DNA of 32,184 nucleotides from Spirochaetota bacterium. GTDB lineage: Bacteria; Spirochaetota; UBA4802; JAFGDQ01. The stretch's first letter is position 1; the number at the start of each line of letters is the position of its first letter. The stretch covers positions 1 through 32,184 of the forward strand of contig JAZDKB010000054.1 of assembly GCA_043803405.1 (NCBI GenBank), given 5' to 3'. Below are positions 24,045 to 32,184 of this stretch, piece by piece. The notes beneath the pieces were generated by a model. It saw nothing but the letters and a program-made list of their open reading frames with translations, did not search any database and was not told the origin of the DNA. The position numbers and the translations under genes were made by a program.

Positions 24045-25286
24045 ATGATAGCCGGCACTCATTACGCTTTTTCCTGTCTACTGTGCACTGCGTCCGGCTT
24101 CGATTATCAGACAACGCTTGTTGCTTCTCTTGTCTCCCTGTTGCCGGACATAGATCATCCGGCCAGTTTGATTGGCCGTATCTTTTCAGGTCCGTCAAAG
24201 TATATTCTCAGAAAGTACGGGCATAGAACAGTTACTCATTCCGTCTTTGCCGTTTTGGCAGCAGCTCTTCTGTTCTCCCCTGCCCTATTCTTTAACCTTG
24301 CTTTATACTTTGCTGTTTTGCTTGCTTTTTCAAGTCATATATTCCTGGATATTTTCAACGTTGGCGGGGTCAAATTATTTGCTCCTGTTTCTCAGAAAGA
24401 ATATATTTCCTTCCATTCCCCGGGTCTCCGGATCCTTGTTTCTTCATGGAAAGAGTATGTTTTATTATTTCTAATCGTCTTGTCAGCCTTTATGCTTTCC
24501 GGTCAGGATTTCTCAATGCATAAAGCGGTGCGTTTTGTGAGTAAATATTTCTATAAGACTTATGATGCAGCGATTGTGGATTTTCAGGAAAACAGCAAAT
24601 ATCAATGTATTGCAAAGGTTTCGCATTTCGATCATGCAGGAAGAAAAAAAGTCGAGGAAGAATTCCCTGTCCTGAATCTTTTCCTTGAAAAGGCTTATCT
24701 GCTTAAAGACGGGAATCGGATTATCATAAAAAAAGCTGATATTGATGAGATAGAGATTGAATCAACAGTGAAACCTATCAGTGTTGAGGTCATTGATGGT
24801 AAGGATTTTAGTAAACTGTCTGCTATCCCTGCGGGTTCTTTTATTTCCGGGACAGTAAAGGTTAATGTCTGCCCTCTTGAGATCAAGAACAGCGATTATG
24901 TTAAAGTTGAGAAAGGTCTTAATGAGATTACTTTTTATCTTACTTATGCTACTCCGGATGAGCTTTCTGAGATCATCAGCATAGATAAGGCAAGGAAAGA
25001 CGAGATCGAAAAACTTCAATCCAAGCTATATTCACATCAGATCGATCTGCTCCGTAAGGAAGAAACTTCTTTAAAATCAAGGCTCTCTGTACTCAGGCGA
25101 AAAGGCTTTTACGCGAATTATGCTTCTATCACTTCTGTAAATAACGAGCTTAAAAAAGTTAGATCAAAGATCGAGTCTTTAAAGCTCAGTGTTAGTGCCG
25201 GTGCGGATCAGGATACGTTGAGGGAGATTGAAAAGCTTGACAGGGGATTTAAGGTGGAGTATAAGTTGTATATGTATAGAATGTAA
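24045..25286 (+). CDS. YdjM/DUF457-like membrane metal-dependent hydrolase with a large C-terminal soluble extension
   Basis: GTHYAF, LLPDIDHP, GHRTVTHS, SHIFLD motifs and several TM segments; ~250-aa beta-rich and coiled-coil tail; starts 8 bp after the recombinase fusion. Confidence 0.85.
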   Translation: MIAGTHYAFSCLLCTASGFDYQTTLVASLVSLLPDIDHPASLIGRIFSGPSKYILRKYGHRTVTHSVFAVLAAALLFSPALFFNLALYFAVLLAFSSHIFLDIFNVGGVKLFAPVSQKEYISFHSPGLRILVSSWKEYVLLFLIVLSAFMLSGQDFSMHKAVRFVSKYFYKTYDAAIVDFQENSKYQCIAKVSHFDHAGRKKVEEEFPVLNLFLEKAYLLKDGNRIIIKKADIDEIEIESTVKPISVEVIDGKDFSKLSAIPAGSFISGTVKVNVCPLEIKNSDYVKVEKGLNEITFYLTYATPDELSEIISIDKARKDEIEKLQSKLYSHQIDLLRKEETSLKSRLSVLRRKGFYANYASITSVNNELKKVRSKIESLKLSVSAGADQDTLREIEKLDRGFKVEYKLYMYRM

Positions 25287-25343
25287 GTTTTTTTTATTAA
25301 AAAGATTGACTTCCAGGCCGTATATATACATATATTAATTAAC

Positions 25344-25424
25344 TAAGCCTGCTTTGCATGAACGCCGACTCCATGTCGTTGAAGGGTAACCTTCTTAGTG
25401 CAATGGCGGGCTTAATTTATTTTT
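25344..25424 (+). ncRNA. Putative DUF3800-associated structured RNA, convergent with and overlapping the DUF3800 gene 3' end
   Basis: TTGACT at 25306 with AT-rich -10; closing stem TAAGCCTGCTTTGCA/TGCAATGGCGGGCTTA (two G-U, plus strand only) around hairpins CGAC/GTCG and GAAGG-GTAA-CCTTC; U-rich tail. Confidence 0.68.
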
Positions 25425-26195
25425 ACTGCTTAATGGATTTTTCGGCCCGTAATAATTCTTCCATTCCTTATAATTCTCTTTGTCATATAAATCAATTACA
25501 ACTGGTATTTTTTCAACGATGTAGTCATAATATCGAGTCTCTCCTTTTTCAAACACTCTCTGGACAGCCCAGCAAAAATAATCCGCTATGTTCAGCAAAG
25601 GCTCGGTAATGTGGTTCTGTACATTAAAAGCAATTTCAGCCTTCGCTGTTTTCCCGTTTGTATTCTTTAAAAATCTGCCTTCTGCTTTTTTTAAAGCAAA
25701 ATCAAGATTCGTATTTCGTGTGCTTTTGCCTCTCTCCGCGACATTTATTATCATTTTACGTTCTTTCTGAAACTTATTCTTTAATAGATGCGCGAGCAGA
25801 TCAGCATAAAATTCATTCTCTTTTCCATTATGTTTGCTGATGTAAAGACCGATTATTTTTCTTCCTACTACAGCTTCAAAAGTACAGTCTATTGTCTTGA
25901 TGAATTCAAAAAAGATTTTACGTACTTCGGGTATGTCATCGGTTGCATGAAAGAAAAATCCTTCTTTTACTGCTTTCTTCTGTATGCTCGGCACTCCTTT
26001 AAAGTAATCGTCTTTAATTACTTTATCCTGCAGTTCTTTGATCTTTTCTCTTATCGGCTCTAAAGGTTCTTTAAAATGGACAAGTCCGAGGATAAAACAT
26101 TTAGACACTCCTTCCTGTCCCAGGATGTTTATTTTTCCTTTTCCATAAAAGGTAGTGTCTCCGGCTTCGTCCAGGAAGCGGTAATCGTTCTTCAT
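25395..26195 (-). CDS. DUF3800-family protein (RNase H-like fold)
   Basis: N-terminal FLDEAGD, FHATDD, C-terminal LNIADYFCWAVQR. Confidence 0.8.
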   Translation of the reverse strand: MKNDYRFLDEAGDTTFYGKGKINILGQEGVSKCFILGLVHFKEPLEPIREKIKELQDKVIKDDYFKGVPSIQKKAVKEGFFFHATDDIPEVRKIFFEFIKTIDCTFEAVVGRKIIGLYISKHNGKENEFYADLLAHLLKNKFQKERKMIINVAERGKSTRNTNLDFALKKAEGRFLKNTNGKTAKAEIAFNVQNHITEPLLNIADYFCWAVQRVFEKGETRYYDYIVEKIPVVIDLYDKENYKEWKNYYGPKNPLSSKNKLSPPLH

Positions 26196-26282
26196 GGTTT
26201 TGATCTTTTAGGAAAATTTTTAAAGTCCTGCATGTTTGTATCTTTTTTTATTAAAGATCAAGTGTAATTTTAATGCATTAAG

Positions 26283-26372
26283 GCAGGTTTGAATCAGGAG
26301 ATGCTGGGGAAGGTTGAAAAACTGGATGAGGGGTTTGAAGTTAATTATAAACTGTATGTCTATGAACTTTAA
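26283..26372 (+). pseudogene. Diverged second copy of the hydrolase gene 3' end
   Basis: AGLNQEMLGKVEKLDEGFEVNYKLYVYEL* versus AGADQDTLREIEKLDRGFKVEYKLYMYRM* (25197-25286): 16/29 identical, ungapped, same stop position. Confidence 0.82.
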
Positions 26373-28240
26373 CGTTTCCTTTTATTTGTGTTTTTCTTCT
26401 TTGTGATTTTATTTACAAAATCATACTTCCCTAATCGAAATAAAACCATTATAAGTAAATTAACATGTGTAATATGATATTCTGAGTAGTCCATTAAACA
26501 ATGAGCAACTTTATTTCTTAAATTTAACCCTGATTTTTCTATAAGTACATATTTAAAAAATAATAAATCATCCTCATCAAAAACAGTTTTTATTGATTCT
26601 TCGTGTAAAAGCCAGTTTATATCTTTCTCCATTGTAATGTTACGACTCTTAGAATCTTTCGTTTGTATAAAAGTTGTTATTTTTGAAAAAGTGCATATAT
26701 CACGAATTAGTCCTTCTATTTTTAAAGTTAAAGAATCGATAGCAAGGATGAAATTTGGAATGTAGCTTTTCTCAGAAAAATATATCTGCATTTGTGTAAA
26801 ATATTCATTTAAACTTGGTACTATTAAATTTAACCAGTTATATGTAATTTTTCCTCGAGGAATATTCTTTGATATGGTTTTCCCAAACCAAGATTTTTCT
26901 TTAAAAAATTTTATAATTGCAAAAATATCTATTTTCCCTTCTTTCACAATTTTTAAAAAAATGGTATCAATTAAAATTCGTTTTTCAAGCTGAATGTCCC
27001 ATCCAAATTGCCGTAGAATGTGATAATGCTTTTTTTCATCATCAGAGACAAAATGTTCAACCGTATGTCCATTTTGGTCTGTAATAGACATAGGCATAAT
27101 TTGTGCTATTACGCTAATTTTTGCTTCCTTGATCGCTCTTTTTTCCATATTCTTGAAGGTTGGCAATAATCCCTTATCAAGCATCAGACTTGTTATTATT
27201 CTTTCAGGTTTTTCTTTGCATAACCTTTCTGCATAATCTTCACAAATTTTTTTAAATTTAGTAACATCAATCTCCTGTTCTATTTTTTGAAATCTCTGCT
27301 TGCCTTTAAGCTGTTCATACTTTTCTTCAAGTTCTTTAGTCTTCTTCCTATCTTTTGCTTTCTTATAATATTCAATAGCATTCTGACAAAAATAAATTGA
27401 TGCTAAATCAGTTTCAGCCTTTCCATTCATTAAACCTTCGAATGATTTAGCAATGTTTCCGTACCAGTCATATGTTTTTTTACCTAATTTTTTATCAACT
27501 TTCTCTCCTGTTTTAAAAATGTCGATAGCACCATGAAAATCTTTTTTATCAAATAGTCTTAATCCAAAGTCATTACAAACTTTTGGAAAAGGAGTTAAAA
27601 ATTTAAGAGGATAGTCTTTTTTCAATTCAAGCATATGTTCAATTAATTTTATCCTCATGATAAATGCCGAACTGCTATTTAAATTAAAAGTTTTAACTAA
27701 CCTTTTGATTTCAGAACGAATCTCATTAGTATGATAATTAATCTTAAATCCAATAAAAGAAGCCGTCTCCATGAATGTTACTATATCAACTCCAATATGT
27801 GCAGTTGGATCCTTTTTATCTCTTTTTTCAAAAATACGAATCAGATCCAAGTATGCATCTATTGCTGATTTCGCATAGTTGATATGTTTCCGAGGACTTT
27901 CCCAAAGTATATGCGCATATCGTGCTTTTAAAAATGAATTCGTTGTTTTATTAAATCTATGTTCTATATATTCTAATTCCATATCACTAAATTTCATAAT
28001 ATCAGGAAAAAAAAGGAGCGCTCCTTCATTATTAGTTTTAGAATATCTATGTTTTATATTTCCATTATTCACTGTAAAATTAAAACAATCCATTTCCCAT
28101 TGGGCTTTTTCTCCCTCTTCATATTGTTTTAGTTCATTCTTTTTATCCCGAACATTTTTAAAAAGACTAAATACATGGTGATAATCAGTAGCTTCTTTTT
28201 CTAAATGTTCATATAATTCATTTAATTCAGTAAGTACCAT
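26369..28240 (-). CDS. DUF4209-like protein with C-terminal HEPN-type motif; putative defence nuclease
   Basis: LKARYAHILW in a helical N-terminus; IEGLIRDIC, GLNLRNKVAHC (RxxxxH); very low GC. Confidence 0.75.
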   Translation of the reverse strand: MVLTELNELYEHLEKEATDYHHVFSLFKNVRDKKNELKQYEEGEKAQWEMDCFNFTVNNGNIKHRYSKTNNEGALLFFPDIMKFSDMELEYIEHRFNKTTNSFLKARYAHILWESPRKHINYAKSAIDAYLDLIRIFEKRDKKDPTAHIGVDIVTFMETASFIGFKINYHTNEIRSEIKRLVKTFNLNSSSAFIMRIKLIEHMLELKKDYPLKFLTPFPKVCNDFGLRLFDKKDFHGAIDIFKTGEKVDKKLGKKTYDWYGNIAKSFEGLMNGKAETDLASIYFCQNAIEYYKKAKDRKKTKELEEKYEQLKGKQRFQKIEQEIDVTKFKKICEDYAERLCKEKPERIITSLMLDKGLLPTFKNMEKRAIKEAKISVIAQIMPMSITDQNGHTVEHFVSDDEKKHYHILRQFGWDIQLEKRILIDTIFLKIVKEGKIDIFAIIKFFKEKSWFGKTISKNIPRGKITYNWLNLIVPSLNEYFTQMQIYFSEKSYIPNFILAIDSLTLKIEGLIRDICTFSKITTFIQTKDSKSRNITMEKDINWLLHEESIKTVFDEDDLLFFKYVLIEKSGLNLRNKVAHCLMDYSEYHITHVNLLIMVLFRLGKYDFVNKITKKKNTNKRKR

Positions 28241-28290
28241 ATTAATATTTTAAACTTTTAAATTTGGTAATAAATCGAGTTTATAGAAAC

Positions 28291-28461
28291 TTATTTTTTA
28301 TGTTTCGTTTTATCCACCAAAGTAAATTTCTTTCCCGGTGTATTTGTTGGAGGTGCTATATGTCCTTTAACAAGTGTAACTTCTTTTCCTCCTGGGTTAT
28401 TATATTGCCCGGAAATAGTAACTTTTTCTCCTGGCTTGATTGTTGTTTTTTTAGTTGGCAT
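28291..28461 (-). CDS. YjzC-like small protein
   Basis: KPGEKVTISGQY...EVTLVKGHIAPPT pattern; start at 28461 behind GAGG. Confidence 0.7.
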   Translation of the reverse strand: MPTKKTTIKPGEKVTISGQYNNPGGKEVTLVKGHIAPPTNTPGKKFTLVDKTKHKK

Positions 28462-28547
28462 CTTGTACCTCATTGTTTTTTTTATTTTAAAAATATTATA
28501 GATTTTCTCTTAATAGAAATCCTGTAATTAAAATATAGTACTTAATT

Positions 28548-29081
28548 TTAACATCTATCTTCTTCATCAATATATGATACTATTAAAATGTTATCCAGAC
28601 CTTTATCATCAAGAATGTGCTGAATCTGGTTTTCTTTACTTTTAGGAGTGTCAAAAAGAATAATCCATGTTACCCACTCACGAGAGTATCCGGCACACTG
28701 ACCAATACAGCGATCCATTTCGGTTTTAACTGGATTTACCTTAACTTCAAGTGCAAGTGTACCTTCAATCAAAATATCCGGTTTTCCAAAAGGAGTGTTT
28801 GCTGCGATTTCTATTTCAAAATCTGTTTCTTTTTTTAACTGTTTTGCCAGTGCATCTCTTAACTCGTCTTCATTTTTGTATTCACCCTCCAGTTCAATTT
28901 CATCAAGTATTTCTCCGATTTCATCACAGACATCCTCTGTGAGATCAGGGTCATCCAGTTCTGCCCGGCTCATTTTACTTTCTTCCTGACTCCGATTGGT
29001 CAGCCAGTTACCTATGAGTAGACCTATACTCCCTACAGCAAAATACTTAAGACTATTGTTTTTATTATTTTCTACTGTCAT
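28548..29081 (-). CDS. PD-(D/E)XK nuclease-fold protein with N-terminal hydrophobic segment
   Basis: EDELRDAL...GKPDILIEGTLALEVKV...IGQCAGY; N-terminal YFAVGSIGLLIGNWL; RBS GAAGGA. Confidence 0.7.
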   Translation of the reverse strand: MTVENNKNNSLKYFAVGSIGLLIGNWLTNRSQEESKMSRAELDDPDLTEDVCDEIGEILDEIELEGEYKNEDELRDALAKQLKKETDFEIEIAANTPFGKPDILIEGTLALEVKVNPVKTEMDRCIGQCAGYSREWVTWIILFDTPKSKENQIQHILDDKGLDNILIVSYIDEEDRC

Positions 29082-29106
29082 AGTTTTACATTCCTTCTTC
29101 TATTTA

Positions 29107-29484
29107 TCACTGCTCTTTTTTAATCCCCTTCAAATATTCCTTAATCCTCTCCCTATCTTCGTTCTCTCTATCTCCCTTATAGTAAATCTCAATAAATTCA
29201 ATAGACTGTGATTCAACATAGTATGAATATATCACCCTGATTCCGGATTTTGCACCCTTCCCTTTCAATGCTTTACATGCGAATTTCTTTGCTTTGTATA
29301 TCTTTGGTTCTTCAGTATCGAATCCGGGAATTTCAAATATGCTCCCGTTATCAATATTTAATTCATGTAATAGTTTTAACTGTGCGTTTATAAAATTACT
29401 GAGGTCTTCTTCGAGTGTGTTATATTTTTTGATCAGCTTTTTGAGATCTCGGCTAAATTCCGGCAATCGATCGGTTTTAATCAT
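29107..29484 (-). CDS. RelE-like toxin
   Basis: EFSRDLKKLIKKY...LEEDL, GKGAKSGIRVIYSY, FIEIYYKGD; ATGA-coupled to the upstream antitoxin. Confidence 0.8.
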   Translation of the reverse strand: MIKTDRLPEFSRDLKKLIKKYNTLEEDLSNFINAQLKLLHELNIDNGSIFEIPGFDTEEPKIYKAKKFACKALKGKGAKSGIRVIYSYYVESQSIEFIEIYYKGDRENEDRERIKEYLKGIKKEQ

Positions 29485-30272
29485 TCTTCGTCATATTCTC
29501 TCGCTGAGTACTGGTTTGTCCTGTAGAATACCGTCTCATATTCTATCGGCTGGCCGTCTTCCGTTACTTGCCAGGGAACATCCTCATGCGAATAATTACT
29601 GATCTGTCTTGCTGTGTAGTCTGATAACTTGTTTAATACCTTGTCAATGACAGCCGTTTCATTTCCATTCAGTACGCTTATGTCTGCCTGCCGGAGAGGA
29701 AGATATTTTGTCTGTGGATAATTGAAATATTCGCTTTCAACTTTAATAAGGTCTTTATTTTCAAGCATAGTATCGACTATCTTTTTAAATTCAACCGGAG
29801 TAGGTCCGTAATGATTTTTTATGTAAGTGGCTCCGATCAATTGCTCTTCAAACATCTCATAGTAATCAAAATCTATAAAATATAACAGTTTATAAATAAC
29901 AGTTTCTCCAACATTGGATTTGGAACCGACTTTATTCAGTATATAAAGCAACACTTCCTTGAATTTTTTAAGATTCTTTTTAGGTACATTTATTCTAATT
30001 CCACCTTTGTCCCTAGGCTCTATTTCCACTTCTTCTTTTTCAAGGTTGATCACAGGTTCCTTTTTCATATTGAGTAAAGCATCAATCGAAGTGTTGAATA
30101 TTTTTGCAATAACCATGAGTTCATCCGGCGTAAGTTTGCGTTCTCCGTTTTCAATCTGCGAAAGCGTTGGTCGTGATACTTTGATTTTAATTGCCAGTTC
30201 CTGCTGGCTCAAACCTGTCTCTTCCCTGAGTGCTTTTACTTTATTGCCAAGTGTTTTATCTATATTGTCCAT
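29481..30272 (-). CDS. XRE-HTH plus Panacea (DUF4065/SocA-like) antitoxin
   Basis: HTH LSQQELA...SRPTLSQIENGER; KLLYFIDF, YIKNHYGPTP, ISNYSHEDVPW. Start at 30272 behind GGAGG with TTGACA-N17-TACATT upstream. Confidence 0.85.
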   Translation of the reverse strand: MDNIDKTLGNKVKALREETGLSQQELAIKIKVSRPTLSQIENGERKLTPDELMVIAKIFNTSIDALLNMKKEPVINLEKEEVEIEPRDKGGIRINVPKKNLKKFKEVLLYILNKVGSKSNVGETVIYKLLYFIDFDYYEMFEEQLIGATYIKNHYGPTPVEFKKIVDTMLENKDLIKVESEYFNYPQTKYLPLRQADISVLNGNETAVIDKVLNKLSDYTARQISNYSHEDVPWQVTEDGQPIEYETVFYRTNQYSAREYDEE

Positions 30273-30480
30273 TGGCTTTCCTCCATCTTCTCTTATACTA
30301 AATGTAATAAATGTTATAATTCTTGTCAAGCACATGTTAGCTTTTATTACATAATCTCGACTAAACAATAACTCTTCTTAACGCATTATTTTCAATTAAC
30401 ATCTCTTTTATTCTCAATTGTTATTGAAATTTTAATTTAACTTCTATTATTAGTAATAATCCAAACAAAGGAATAGAAAA

Positions 30481-32184
30481 ATGCCGTCACTAAGCTGGAA
30501 TGAGATCAAGACCAGGGCTGTAGAGTTCTCAAAAGAATGGGAAAATGAATCGAATGAAGATGCAGAAGCAAAATCTTTCTGGGATAACTTTTTTAATGTA
30601 TTCGGCATTTCCAGGCGAAGAGTCGCGACTTTTGAAAAGTTAGTTAATAAGTCGGCTGATACATCAGGTTATATTGATCTATTGTGGAAAAGCGTTATTC
30701 TTATTGAACATAAATCCCGGGGGAAAGATCTGGATAAAGCATATAAGCAGGCTATCGAGTATTTTCCCGGCCTTAAAGAAAGCGAGCTGCCTAAATATGT
30801 TCTTGTTTCCGATTTTGCCCGCTTTCGTTTATACGATCTTGAAGAAAGTTCCCAGCATGAATTTGTTATAACCGACCTGGTTAATAATGTACACCTGTTC
30901 GGATTTATTGCCGGATATCAGAAAAAATTATATAAAGAAGAAGACCCGGTCAATATTGAGGCAGCCGAACGCATGGGCAGGTTGCATGATAAGTTGCTGG
31001 AGATCGGTTATTCAGGGCACTTTCTGGAAATCTATCTTGTCAGGCTTTTATTCTGCCTGTTCTCGGATGACACAGGCATTTTTGAAAAAAACTTATTCCA
31101 TGATTATATTGAAACAAAAACAAGTGTTGATGGCAGTGATCTTGCAGCCCACCTTTCAACCCTGTTCTATGTATTGAACACTCCGCCGGAATCGCGATTA
31201 ACGAATCTTGATGAATCGCTCGCTTCTTTCCCTTATATCGACGGCAAGCTTTTTGAAGAGAATATCCCCCCGGCATCATTCGACAGTCAGATGAAGCAAC
31301 TGCTGCTTGATTGTTGCGATCTGAATTGGGGGAAGATATCCCCTGCGATCTTCGGCTCATTGTTCCAGTCAGTAATGGACCCGGAAAAAAGAAGGAATAT
31401 AGGAGGACATTATACTTCCGAGAAGAACATACTTAAATTGATCAAACCCTTGTTCCTTGATGAATTGTGGGATGAATTTTCGCGTGTAAAGAACAACAGG
31501 AATAAGCTTTCTGCTTTTCATAATAAAATTTCAAAATTAAAATTCTTGGATCCTGCATGCGGGTGTGGGAACTTTCTTATTATTACATACAGAGAAATCC
31601 GTTTGTTAGAGCTCGAAATTCTAAAAGTATTGTACTCAAATGAAATAGAAACTGGGCAGCATGTTTTTGAGATCGATGAATTTGAATTATTCATAGTTGA
31701 TGTTGATTCTTTTTACGGTATAGAAATTGAAGAATTTCCAGCCCGTATTGCTGAAGTCTCAATGTGGATGATGGATCATCAAATGAATATGAAAGTATCA
31801 GAGGCATTTGGTGAATATTATTCAAGATTGCCTTTAAAGAATAGTGCAAATATTGTAATCGGTAATGCGTTAAGGGTGAATTGGAATGATATTATGCCTT
31901 CTGGTAAGTTATCATATATCCTCGGTAATCCGCCGTTTATTGGTAAACATCTGCAAAATAAAGATCAGGGCGAAGATACGGAGATCATTTTTAAAGATAT
32001 AAAAGGCTCCGGCGTACTGGATTATGTAACTTGCTGGTATATTAAAGCTGCTCAATACATTCAGAAAACAAATATAAAGGTTGCCTTTGTTTCAACGAAT
32101 TCCATATCACAGGGCGAACAGGTCGGCATTCTCTGGAATGCGCTGTTTAATAAATATAATATAAAAATACATTTCGCGCATAGT
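30481..32184 (+). CDS. N-terminal part of MmeI-family type IIL restriction-modification enzyme (endonuclease plus adenine MTase); continues through the join to 1206, 922 aa in total
   Basis: MPSLSWNEIKTRAVEFSKEW; nuclease motif YIDLLWKSVILIEHKS; GGHYTSEKNI; motif I LDPACGCGNFL; motif IV GNPPF. Missing from the ORF track because it runs off the end. Confidence 0.93.
   Translation, partial: MPSLSWNEIKTRAVEFSKEWENESNEDAEAKSFWDNFFNVFGISRRRVATFEKLVNKSADTSGYIDLLWKSVILIEHKSRGKDLDKAYKQAIEYFPGLKESELPKYVLVSDFARFRLYDLEESSQHEFVITDLVNNVHLFGFIAGYQKKLYKEEDPVNIEAAERMGRLHDKLLEIGYSGHFLEIYLVRLLFCLFSDDTGIFEKNLFHDYIETKTSVDGSDLAAHLSTLFYVLNTPPESRLTNLDESLASFPYIDGKLFEENIPPASFDSQMKQLLLDCCDLNWGKISPAIFGSLFQSVMDPEKRRNIGGHYTSEKNILKLIKPLFLDELWDEFSRVKNNRNKLSAFHNKISKLKFLDPACGCGNFLIITYREIRLLELEILKVLYSNEIETGQHVFEIDEFELFIVDVDSFYGIEIEEFPARIAEVSMWMMDHQMNMKVSEAFGEYYSRLPLKNSANIVIGNALRVNWNDIMPSGKLSYILGNPPFIGKHLQNKDQGEDTEIIFKDIKGSGVLDYVTCWYIKAAQYIQKTNIKVAFVSTNSISQGEQVGILWNALFNKYNIKIHFAHS
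32044..32184. repeat. Terminal direct repeat (copy 2)
   Basis: Identical to 1-141. Confidence 0.97.

Noticed and set aside
30273..30368. 32-aa N-terminal extension of the HTH-Panacea gene
   Set aside because: Contains the promoter and the GGAGG RBS for ATG 30272.

Overview
The window looks like a complete circular extrachromosomal element (plasmid-like, 32,043 bp). Bases 1-141 are identical to 32044-32184, and an MmeI-family type IIL restriction-modification gene reads in frame across the join. The backbone has a putative HTH replication initiator with an antisense RNA in its leader and 23-bp iteron-like repeats inside the gene, a ParA plus a non-canonical partner, an RHH regulator, an SprT-like protease, two type II toxin-antitoxin pairs and a ~1.1-kb structured non-coding region. 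Cargo includes a ~10-kb fluoride-response island with three fluoride riboswitches. These sit upstream of an enolase, an unknown ORF, and an apparent operon (small 2-TM protein, dynamin-like GTPase, USP remnant, CX5R phosphatase, three MutS-like ATPases, HIT protein); no Fluc/CrcB or CLC-F exporter is recognisable. A defence-like block contains DUF3800 with a convergent structured RNA, a DUF4209/HEPN-like protein and a PD-(D/E)XK protein. The least explained module is a tyrosine recombinase fused to a P-loop ATPase and C-terminal membrane helices, next to an extended YdjM-like membrane hydrolase and a secreted protein resembling half a TolC; no HUH relaxase, T4SS or phage structural genes were seen. 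All family calls are from motif recognition by eye; no searches were run.
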